This document shows, one piece after another, positions 26,787-38,252 of a stretch of 64,000 nucleotides of DNA; the first letter of the stretch is position 1, and the number at the start of each line of letters is the position of its first letter. The position numbers and the translations under genes were made by a program. This stretch comes from Podarcis muralis. Taxonomy: Eukaryota. The stretch spans positions 23,064,001-23,128,000 of the forward strand of contig NC_135667.1 in the NCBI RefSeq assembly GCF_964188315.1, read 5' to 3'. Below the pieces are notes generated by a model. That model saw nothing but the letters and a program-made list of their open reading frames with translations. It did not search any database and was not told where the DNA came from.

Positions 26787-27009
26787 CTCTGGGGAAGTGA
26801 TCATCATCCCATCATTGTTCAAATTACTGTTTTGCATCCTCTGACAGAATAGATTTTCAGAGGCCAATAACAAGATCAACAATCAGCATCTTAAAAGGCT
26901 ATATAATCTTCATATGGTTCACAACTGAATCCTAGCACAGGAAGAGTTTTGCTAATCTTCTATGTGACTGTTTCCACTTCATATGTCAACCTATAACCCC
27001 AGCAGCTGA
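26787..27009 (+). promoter_or_regulatory. Conserved upstream module of gene D (gene E copy at 37684-37905)
   Basis: CTCTGGGGA ... CAGCTG with 216-bp spacing. Confidence 0.5.
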
Positions 27010-27355
27010 TTCAACTATAACTTTTTAGAATAAAATTCAAAAAAATGTATTCTAGAGTATCTCTGTTTCTCATCCCTTTTTCGTCAGCACATGATTTTCC
27101 ACTTTTCCATTTCTTCCTGTGAAAAACTGGACTTCGTTAATTAGGCATGTGAAAAGGGAGCAATTATTAACTTTGCTACCAGGTTACTCATGCAGAGATA
27201 ATCTAAGAATTGCAGCTATAAAACTGTGCGTACCAACAGAATCATTACCATTCAAGGGAGGCTGTAACAAAATTTACAATACCAACACATTGCGCTGCAC
27301 AATAAATCGTGTTGATAGAAATCCAGTAGTTGGAAACACAGAGATCTATGCTGGG

Positions 27356-28528
27356 ATGGAAAACATTTTCAGCAGGATCTGGGTGATGGTGATGTTGCTA
27401 CTTGTACTCCTATGCCATAGTGTATGCATGACAAATTTGATTAATTGCACCATGTTTGATGATCGTCTCCTGATTCCTCATGGATTCTATCAACCAGGGG
27501 ACCTGCTCATTGGAGGGATTGTATCTCAGGTCTTATTCCTCTATAATAACCTTTCTTTCATGGAACAGCCTGCAAAAATCTTGATTAATGAACCCATGTA
27601 AAGCATCATCTTTTCTCTCTCTCTCTCTCTCTCTTTCTCTCCTCTGCCACTTTCTTTATCTCTCTGCCTGTAATATAGGCTCTTCCTGAGCCCATAGTGA
27701 CTCAGAATGCAACATTAAGAAAAATTCTGCTAAAGTAAAATCATTTAGCTTTTAGTGTGAGTGTATCTTGCCAAGGCTATTCCCATTTTATACAAGGATA
27801 AGCTCAGAATGATCTAGATCTCTGTTGAGAATATGTTTGTGTTATTTGTGTTTGGAAATACAATCTGGTCTTGCACATACTATTTGAATTTGAAAGTGTG
27901 CACACACATTATTGTACAGGTACATGCTTTTAAAAATATTATTTTGGAGTTGGCCCTATGCTGAGTCTGTATAGATTATATTTAAAATATAGGTGAATTC
28001 ATGGAAGCTTGTAGGCTCTCCTTTGTACTTTCCACTTGCGATATCTTTTCTCATTTCACTTCTTTTGAGTATATACACTGCAACTGAATTAAAATATATC
28101 TGATCCCTGATATCATAAATGATCCAGATCAGTTGCCTGACTTACTTATTATTATGTAGATTTAATGTTTGATTTAACCTGCTGCTAAACAGATTTTCAA
28201 TAATAAATGTACTAAATGAAATAAATGTGTATGGAGAAGGCAAAAGATACTCCTATTCTGCTCCTAAAAATAAGCGGAGGGAGCAGTTTGATCAACACTG
28301 AGATTGTCTCCAAACTTTTGCTCCCCTTAGACTACCACTTCTCCTGAGTAGTTAGTACTTACTGAGTTCTACTCAAAGTAGACTCATTAAAATGAAAAAA
28401 GTCCTATGTGAGTTGTGCCCATTAATTCAATGGGTCTATTCTGACTAATTTTGGTTCCTCCTCGGCAGTTTTTTGCTACATTTAACTTTTGAAATGATGC
28501 CAATAAATGATTATTATAAATTCAACAA

Positions 28529-28568
<40 letters not shown>

Positions 28569-31500
28569 GATTAAAGAGCCTGTAACTCTAATTGCAGTTC
28601 AGTGCCCAAGAACTACCAGCATATCATGGCTTTCGCATTTGCTGTAAAAGAGATAAATGAGAATCTCAACATTTTATCAAATGTTTCCCTGGGGTTCCAC
28701 ATCCTCAATAGCTACTACACTGCAGGAATGACTTATAAGGCCACACTGAACCTGCTTTCCACACAAAAGAGGTTTGTCACCAACTTCAAGTGCCACCACC
28801 AGAGCAAGCTGATAGCTCTCATTGGAGGATGTATCTCTGAGATCTCTGCCAACGTAGCCATTATTTCTGCAATCCACAAAATTCCACAGGTAAGGTGTAT
28901 GCATGAGAGTATAGGGATTCCACAACTGTGCGCATTGTCTTGATTTCTGTAAAACAGATGACTTCTTGTGATATTTTATTTAGCAATTATTTAGCACATT
29001 CTCTTGAATAGCTTAGATGAAACTGGGAAGCACTAATAGGCAGATGACAGAAAACAGGGAGTGATAGTAGCCAGCGCAACTTAAACCCCCAATTTGCCAT
29101 GCTTGGAGAGGGGTGTTGGATGGAACAGAGGTTTCCTTCCAGCTAGTGTTGGTTAGACAAAAAAATATGGTGTTTTTTGTATGTGGTCAAATTCTTCGAT
29201 GCAACAAACTGAGGAGGGGGCTATAAAACAATGTGTCTGTTATTTGACATCATATGAACTCAAATTTATCTATAGTTTATTTCAATATAACTGTTACATG
29301 AAAATCTCATACCAGCTAGGTTCTACATTTTGGAGGTGTGATAAAACTAAAGCAGTCTTAAGTTAGTATTGTTATCATATTGCAAAACTCACAGAATATA
29401 ATACCCAAAATGAGACAATTATTAAAATTCTTGTCTTAAGGTAAAGGTAGGACAGCCACCTGCTGTGGATGCTTTAATTCTAAATTTCCTGCAGCACACA
29501 GGATATAAAACTATAAGGAGAGCCACATGAAAAACTTTGATTCTATGAGTTACCATTCTTTTGAAATCTATCCTAGTACATAACTCGGGCAAAGTACCAT
29601 ATAGCTGGAATCATGCTATAGTAGTCCCAATCTTTAAGAGAGGCCACCCAAACGTACCCTCCAATTATAGGCCAATTAGCCTGCTTTCAATAGTTGGGAA
29701 GCTGTATGCTCGTTTCCTCAGTAGCAAATTGACAACTTTTCTAAATGAACACTATATACTATATGAAGCCCAGGCAGCCTTTCGTGAGAACCATTCAACA
29801 TCAGACCACTGTCTAATGTTGTCCTCCCTAGCCGAGAAGTATACCAGGCCTCTACAGCGTAAACTCTTTGTGGCTTCATGGATCTGAAATCAGCGTTCAA
29901 TTCCATCCCCAGATCCCAGCTATGGTCCAAATTAAATCTGATATTGCAGGACAAACGACTCCTCTTTCTTATAAAAGCCCTGTACAATGGAACCAAACTG
30001 CAGGTCCTATGCGGTCGGCAGGGACAGTTATCGAACAGTATTCTGGAGGTCCGTTCTTAACCTGAAACACCACTTTAGCTAATGGGGCCTCCTGCTGCCG
30101 CTGCGCCACCGCTGCATGATTTCTGTTCTCATCCTGAAGCAAAGTTCTTAACCCGAGGTACTATTTCTGGGTTAGTGGAATTGTCTGTATCCGAAGTACC
30201 ACTGTACTCAGATTCTTTTTCACAAAGGGTGGCAAGTATGTCCCAGCAGCCTTAAGGGTTTTCAATGCAAAATCCATTTCCCAACTCCTGTACTCTGCAA
30301 ATGTCTGGCATAATAGGAACCTGCCTAAGTTAGACGGCTTTCAGGCAAAATTTCTACGATCTCTGTTGCAGGTACCCAACTGTGTCTCCAACTCCATACT
30401 TCTGTTAGAAGCTGGTGAATGCCCAATTTCAACTAAAGCATGATGGGCTGCCCTAAAACATTGGCTCAGGATTGTAGTGTTTGATCTAGGGAAGGTTCTG
30501 TATCAACACCTGACCAATGAGGAGTTTGTCAGCAATTGGCAGAAAACCATGGCTAAAAAAGCCACCTCTATTGGTCTTTCACCCCCCCCCCAACTCTATT
30601 ACCTGGGTTATGAAGGTGCCCTAAAGACGTTAAAGCAAAGATTATGGGATAATACACACAGTGACTTGAAATCCTGATCACACAGAGTCTGTAGTCCGTT
30701 GGCAGTAGGAATACAATATGGGCATGTCTTAAAGTTAACACCTTACATTAAAAACTTGACAGTACCAAATTAGCGAAGGTTATTCACCAAAGCCATACTA
30801 AACATCTTTCCTTCTGCAGTGTTGGATGGCAGGTTGAGAGGAGTTCACTACCAGGACAGACTTTGCTCGTGTGCTCAAGACATCAATTCTATAAAACATA
30901 TTTTGCTGCACTGTGCGAAATACAAGCAAGCCAGGGCTGAACTGATCTTACCCTTGCTGGTACCTTTCCTGGGAAAATCAGAGGTTCACTATGTCAGGTT
31001 ACTATTGGAAGACCGGACAAACACTAGAACATTAGCAGTGGTGAAGTTTTTATCGGTAGTTGCAAGAACCAACCATCCCTATCTTTGAGTCTGAACAAAA
31101 TGCTTGTTTAACCTGGTGGTAGGCTGTCTGAATTATGTATTGCTTTGTAATAAAGATGGATGATATATTTTATTTCAGTTCACTTATGGATCATTTTTGC
31201 CTGTAAAAAGTATCAGAATGCAATTCCCATTTTTATACCAGATGGTTCCAAATGAAGCTAATCAGCACATGGGAGTTGTTCTGTTACTTCAGCATTTCAG
31301 ATGGACCTGGGTTGGGCTCTTGGCTGTGGCTGATGACAAAGGGGACCAGTTTTTACAGACCATGGTGCCAATGCTTTCTCAGAATGGCATCTGTTCTGCC
31401 TTCATAGATAGAATACCAAAGCGGGCATATTTTGATGAGTTGATTGACTTGATGATAAAGCACTGGGTAAGTTATGTAATCGTCAGTGACAAAAAAGTGA

Positions 31501-34500
31501 ATGCATTATTTGTATATGGAGAACCACCATCTTTTCAGATTTTGAGAGTATTACTGTTTCTAGCACCTTTCTTGTCACTTCCACCTCTGTGTAAAGTATG
31601 GATTATTACATCCCACTGGGATTTTGCATCACTGTCTGTTCAGAAGATATGGGATATACAAACCTTCCATGGTGCCATATCATTCACAGTTCACTCAAAA
31701 CAGCCCCAAGGATTCCAAAAGTTTATTCAGACGATTAGACCTTCCTGGGTTAAAGGAGATGGTTTTGTCCAGGACTTCTGGGAACAGGCATTCAGCTGTT
31801 CATTAAAAGTGTACAACGGACTAGGAGAGAGAAAGAAAGTGTGCACTGGAGAAGAGAAACTGGAGAGCCTTTCTGGAATTTTGTTTGAAGGGAAGATGAC
31901 TGGTCACAGCTACAATGTCTACAATGCTGTCTACACTGTGGCACATGCTTTAAATAAAATCAGTTCCCAACATCGGAGCTTCAGAGGGAGTCTGAAACTT
32001 CAGGATGTGCAACCATGGCAGGTAATTGCAGCTTAAAGAACAATACAGTTAAGATTATGATGCAGAAGTAAAGGTAAGTTCTTTTCATTTTTCTTTTTGT
32101 CAATCTATTTGGATAATTCCTTCTAACCCCAATGTGAAGTAGTGATTTATTCATTATTTTAATTCATCACTACTCATGTGTATGGAGCCCTGTCAGGGGA
32201 AAAGGCGAAAGATTATGATAATGATGATAGATAGAAATATGCCATCAAATACATTATCCCAAAAAGAGTTTGACAACTCTTTGTGTAGTTCTTGGAAATG
32301 TTTTTTTTTTAAATTATTTTTATTTATGATTTTCAGGTTTAAACATTTCAATAATTTTGCAGTCATTTTAACATTTCAGACTTGACTTCCTTCCCCCACT
32401 TTCTGTGGTTCCTTAAATTTATTTTTATTAACTTCTACATATCCAAATTAACTTAATTTGTTCATTTATTCTTCTACTTTAAATATATATTCTTATGAAA
32501 CAGCAGGTTATTACGATAATCCTGCCAATGTTCTTTTCTGTTTACAATTTGTCTGTAAATATTCAATAAACCATTTCCATCCTTTTATAAAAAGTTTGTT
32601 ATCTTCATTTCCTATTTTTCCAGTAAATTTTGCCATTTCTGCATATTGCATAAGTTTTTGTTCATTCTTCCTTTGCTGGGACTTCTACTTCTTTCTGTTT
32701 TGGAGCAAGTAACATTCTTGCCACTGTAGTAGCATACATGAATACATTTCTGTACAGTTTGGGTAGTTCTGTCCCTTTAATTCCCAAAAGGAAAGCTTCT
32801 AGGTTTTTTACAAATGTTAATTTAAACATCCTTTTCAATTCATTATATATTATTTCTTGGAAATGGTTTCAAGACTTTGCTGTCTCTTTGTTCACATTCT
32901 TTTCATTTTAGGTTCATCACATTCTAAGGAGGATTGCATTCAACAACAGTGAAGGAGATACTGTGTCTTTTGATGAAAATGGTGAATTAGTTACAAGTTT
33001 TGATATTACAAACTGGCTGATGTTCCCCAATGGCTCTGTGGTTCGAGTGAAAGTTGGCAGGCTGGAACCTCAGGCACCTCAAGGCAAACAGTTAGCTATC
33101 AATGATGATCAAATTGTGTGGCATCAAAGTTTTAACCAGGTGAGAAACATCTATAAGTGCTTGGTTACAAGTAAGAGCCAACTGACTCACGTCACAGTGC
33201 AGAACCAAAAAAGTACTCGCCTTTTGGTCCCTTGCTCTGGTGCGGCCAGTGCAGGGAGCAAAATTGGGGCATTCAGGATTGGAATCAGAAGCAATGGCTG
33301 TCCCAGTTAGCTTGGAACATTGAGGGATCTGGGGAACTACAGCAAAAGAGGCCCATTCTTGTGTTGCTGTCCTCTGGACCTCTTGTGGAGGGAGCAAATG
33401 AAGTGCATCAGATGATGATTGCAGGGTCTGGGTCAGTTTATATAGGAAGATATTGTCCTTGAGGTCTTGAGTCATTTAAGGTCAAAACTAGCACTTTGAA
33501 TTGGCCCTGGAAACAAACTGGCAGGCGGTGCAGGCAGACCGGGATCAATGTAATATGCCCAAACCATATTGCCCCAGTGAGCAGATTTTGTGCCAAAACT
33601 GGGCCTAAACCCCAAATGAAATGGATCTACAAAATCAGTTTCCTCCCAGATTGCCTGGATCTGGTCCACAACTACCCACTCAAGAACCTTGCCCAAGAAG
33701 GGGAGATTGGCCACTGGCTGGTAACTACTTAGATTTTCCTAATTCATGGAGGGCTTCGTAAGGTGGAACCATTGCCTCTCAAAAGGAGGAATTAATTACT
33801 TCCCTAGCCCACCCAGCTGTCCCTTCTCTGCTAGTATTTATAAGCCATGAGGAGCAACGCGTCACAGTGCAAGTGGTTATCCTGACTGATACAAACATGT
33901 TGTCCAAATCCTCAGATATTTTGCAGCCCTGCTGTCCTCAAAACATATCACTAATAGTATTTAATGCATATTAACAGATGCTGCCACTTTCCATTTGCAA
34001 TGAGAACTGTTACCCAGGTTATAGCAGAAAAAAGAAAGAGGGGGAGAAATTTTGCTGCTATGATTGTGCTCCATGTCCAGAAGGGATGATCTCTCACCAG
34101 AAGGGTAGGAGAAATAATGAACAGAAATATCAAGGAAGTTCTGTGATGCATCATCTTTTTATTTACTTGTTTAGATTATATGTTCCGTGAAATTACAGAA
34201 AGGTTTTGGCTGGTTTGCCAGCCATCCCATCATCAAAACCAGAAGGAAATGTGCCCATCTTGAACATGCCCAGTTAAGAACTGCCAACCTATACTACCCC
34301 TGCCCCAAAATGCAATGACAGCTACTCTTACATGAAATTAACAAAGCTATATTTATTCAACCAAATAGGTTCAGCAAATGGTAAATAGGTCAAGTTTTTA
34401 AGATGCATGAGCAAGGAAAGTTGTTCATAACCAAACAGAAGCTATGAAGATCCCCCAAGAGTTGAAATGCCCCTTGTACAGAGCTTTTAAAGATGAGACA

Positions 34501-35722
34501 GAGCAAGCTCACTCATGGAAATCCCTTTTTGTCAGTTCTGCTGAATGTGTGCTCCATTAGGTGTGTGTCAAGAGGTGGATTCCCTCTGATCCCACCTATA
34601 AAGCTGGTGTCTGGCTCCTGGCAGCAAGATTGTTTCCTACCCTCTGTCTCCATCTATGCTACCACCTCATCCTGTTGGCTAGTTGGCTAGCTGAAGTAGC
34701 TAGAGCTATTGTGGAAATATGTATTTTTATTTGCCTGCATAAGTCAAGTTTTCATCAGCCATATAAATGTAGAAATAGAAAGTGCCTCACAGCTGTTAAC
34801 TATATCTTCCTTTTTTAAAGATGCCAATGCCTGTGTCAATTGTCCAGAAGAACAGTGTCCTAACAAGGAACAAACTAAATGCATTCCAAAGGATGTGAAC
34901 TACCTCTCTTACAAAGAAGATTTAGGGATCATCTTAACTATATTGGCAATTTCTTTCTGCTTGATCACAAGTTTAGTACTTGGAATTTTTATGAAGTACA
35001 AGGACACTCCCATAGTCAAAGCCAACAACCGAACCCTCACCTATATCCTCCTCATCTCCCTCCTCCTTTGCTTCCTCTGCTCCTTGCTCTTCGTTGGACA
35101 TCCTGGAAAGCTCATCTGCCTTCTCCGACAAACAGCCTTTGGTATCATATTCTCTGTGGCCCTTTCTTCTGTGTTGGCAAAGACCATCACTGTGGTTCTG
35201 GCTTTCATGGCAACCAAACCAGGATCTGGAATGAGGAGATGGGTGGGGAAAAGAATGGCAGATTCTATTGTCCTTTCCTCCTCCTTGATTCAAGTTGGCA
35301 TTTGCACTCTTTGGTTAAGTACCTCCCCTCCTTTCCCAGATTTCGACATGTACTCATTGGATAGGGAAATCATAGTGGAATGTAATGACGGTTCTGCTTT
35401 CATGTTTTACTGTGTCTTGGGCTACATGGGCTCACTGGCCATTGTCAGCTTTGTTGTAGCTTTCCTGGCTAGGACGTTGCCCGACAGTTTCAATGAAGCC
35501 AAGTTCATCACTTTCAGCATGTTGGTGTTTTGCACTGTTTGGTTATCCTTTGTTCCTACCTATCTAAGCACCAAAGGGAAATATATGGTGGCTGTAGAGG
35601 TCTTTTCCATCTTGTCCTCGAGTGCTGGGTTACTGGGCTGCATCTTCTTCCCTAAATGCTACATCATTCTGCTCAGGCCTGAGCTGAACAATCGGGATCA
35701 ATTAATAATAAGAAGAAAATAA
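27356..35722 (+). CDS. Vmn2r: V2R gene D, complete and chimeric: join(27356-27597,28598-28889,31179-32021,32912-33139,33978-34104,34821-35722), 877 aa
   Basis: Canonical exons and phases, 2634 bp open frame. Exons 1-4 are about 98% identical to gene E; exon 6 is about 99% identical to gene C. Start ATG inferred from the signal peptide. Confidence 0.91.
29574..31160 (+). mobile_element. Decayed non-LTR retrotransposon (RT remnant plus C-terminal Cys/His knuckle; clade uncertain, RTE-X-like), gene D intron 2 only
   Basis: [31 protein letters not shown] and [14 protein letters not shown] peptides in broken frames; absent in gene E. Confidence 0.72.
30041..30204. mobile_element. Truncated copy of the same mariner-type MITE inside the gene D intron-2 LINE relic
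   Basis: Reverse-complement match to 57700-57925; only one TIR (GTACCACTG followed by TA) is retained. Confidence 0.8.
32301..32853 (-). mobile_element. L1-like LINE 3' fragment, gene D intron 3 only, 12-bp TSD TTCTTGGAAATG
   Basis: Poly-T at the left end; TSD at 32289-32300 and 32854-32865; ORF2 C-terminal remnant; empty site in gene E near 42055. Confidence 0.82.
33213..33738 (-). mobile_element. Decayed L2 fragments, gene D intron 4 only
   Basis: Minus-strand peptide [22 protein letters not shown] is homologous to the intact L2 ORF2 in gene E. Confidence 0.72.
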
Positions 35723-36250
35723 AAAGAAGAATAAATACATTTCTTTCTGCTGATATATGTAGTCCTTTTGGAAATGCTTATGTTAGGGATATCTGTAATT
35801 CCAGTACAAGTGCTTTCTTAGTCAAAAATTTCTGAAGAAATTCTTAGCCACAGCCCACCTCAAAGTACTCCCTATATTGATTCAGGCAGAGAATAAGAGA
35901 TACCTGATTATGATAAGGAGTTGGTGGTCTACTCCTTCTGTCTGCCTTCTCCTATTCTTAGTAATGTGAAGACATTACCAGCACACCGGCACTAGGGGGG
36001 TGGGCACGGTTCCCACTAATGTTGATAAGCTGTGAAATTCTGTGCCATAATCTCTGATGGGACACATGGGCCTCACAGACTGTTGCAGGGGAAGGAGACC
36101 AGAGCCAGTTCAACCACCACAGCTGGAATCTTTTTATTTTTATTTTAAAAGTAAGGGCTTGTAGGCACTATATGATTTTCTACATTATTTTTAGGTTCTG
36201 TCCCTGTGAAGTATCCCTCTGTGGTGCTAAATCAGAGCCAAGAGGCATTG

Positions 36251-36845
36251 CATACCCTCCAAGTGTCCAGATTTTCCAGGCACAGTCCTGGAATTAAGAA
36301 AGCCACCCTGACTTCTGATTTGAACCTGGAATGTCCCTATTTCCTCCACCAGTGCTGCCACTGCTGAGCTCAGGAAGGAGGATGAGGTAATGCTTGTCTC
36401 AAGTGGCAGAGGAGGTGAGGGAGCATCCTGTAGCCTTTCCATGGCCGCAGCTGCTGGCTTCCTCCCTTGGGCAGTTTGTAGCGGCTGCTGGAGAGGAGTG
36501 AGGAGGAGGAGAGGCTGCCACTACCAAGGCCCAAACCCATATGATGCACTGGCTCTGAAGGGCAGGCAGAGGGAAGGGCCACCCTGGGCAGGAAGAAAGA
36601 GGGAGCAGAGTGGGCCACAAGGAATCTTGCTTTTAAAAAATGCTTTGTGTGTCTAATCTTGCCCCCTTTTGAAAAGTATTTATTGGCATGTGTGCTGTGT
36701 CCTGTTGATGCAGTGGTGGTGGCCCTCACCCTTCTTCTGATAGGAACTGCTCTGTGGTGTGAAAACAAATATGGAGGTCAGAGAATATCAGTTGGGGGGA
36801 GTGAGAAATGTCCCTATTTTCATCTGAGGAATCTTGAAAGGTATG
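36251..36845. mobile_element. Degenerate MITE-like DNA element in the D-E spacer
   Basis: Imperfect TIR CATACCCTCCAA / TTGAAAGGTATG; no TSD found. Confidence 0.4.
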
Positions 36846-38252
36846 GCATCGTGGAGAATGAAAATGGTGCTGATGTGGCTGATCCCCAGCACTTCTCCTC
36901 TCAATGCTCCTTAAAAGGAATTACGGGGTGCATCTAATAACTAGCAAGGTGGGTGGGTGTTCCACATTAGCTACCGTTGTAGCTGGAAATGAACTTTGCC
37001 TGAAAACATAGTAGGGCCACTGTCATTCACACCATGAAGTTACACAGACCTTGAAAACAAGTTTGCAGTGGGCCCAGAACTCCAGTTGCTTACTCTGTTC
37101 CTTGCTCCTAGATACATATACTCAGTCAATTTATATGCTGTAAGCTCCATGGGGCGGAGATTTTGTCTGCTGTATCTTGCACACTGTTATTACTGCATGA
37201 ATGAATTCCTTTTTTCAATGACAAAATAATATTAATATCAATAACTGTGACAGACAATTGCAATTGTTCTGCTAAACGAACTGGAGGAGGTAATTGATTT
37301 TTTCTGTTCTTTTTCTTGTTTTTATTATTTATTTTGTGTTTTTGATCTTAAATTTTATGTTGTGAACCACCTTGAGATCTATGTATGAAGGGTGATATAC
37401 ACATTTAATAAACAAAACAAAACAATATATAATATACTGTTTTACATGAAAACACTCACCCTCAGATTTGCCAGGCAATAACTCTGCATTAAAGACACTT
37501 ATACCAAATCTGAGTGGCTAGTGTGTGAACTTAGTTCTGGGCAGAAGCAACCTGCACCAATAAGGCCATGTGCCATGTATTTCTAAATCTCCCTAAAATA
37601 TAAGGAAAAATAGTTGTAGGATTAGGAGGAGGCTATTCCTTGCAGTTTTGTGGTATATTATGTAACTTCAAATGCGAATAGCACTCTGGGGAAGTGATCA
37701 TCATCCCATCATTGTGCAAATTACTGTTTTGCATCCTCTGACAGAATAGATTTTCAGAGGCCAATAACAAGATCAACAATCAGCATCTTAAAAGGCTATA
37801 TAATCTTCATATGGTTCACAACTGAATCCTAACAAAGGAAGAGCTTTGCTAATCTTTTGTGTGACTGTTTCCACTTCATATGTCCACCTATAATCCCAGC
37901 AGCTGATTCAACTATACTTTTTTAGAATAAAATTCAAGAAATGTATTCTAGAGTATCTCTGCTTCTCATCCCTTTTTTGTCGGCTGATGATTTTCCACTT
38001 GTCCATTTCTTCCTGTGAAAAACTGGACCTCTTTAATTAGGCATGTGAAAAGGGAGCAATGATTAACTTTGCTACCAGGTTACTCGTGCAGAGATAATCT
38101 AAGAATTGCAGCTATAAAACTGTGCGTACCAACAGAATCATCTACTATTCAAGGGAGGCTGTAACAAAATTTACAATACCAACACGTTGTGCTGCACAAT
38201 AAATCGTGTTGATAGAAATCCAGTAGTTGGAAACACAGAGATCTATGCTGGG

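Noticed and set aside
27356-35722. Gene D as a haplotype-duplication assembly artefact
   Set aside because: Introns differ by about 10-15% and by several TSD-bounded insertions from both C and E, more than expected for alleles; long reads would still be the final test.
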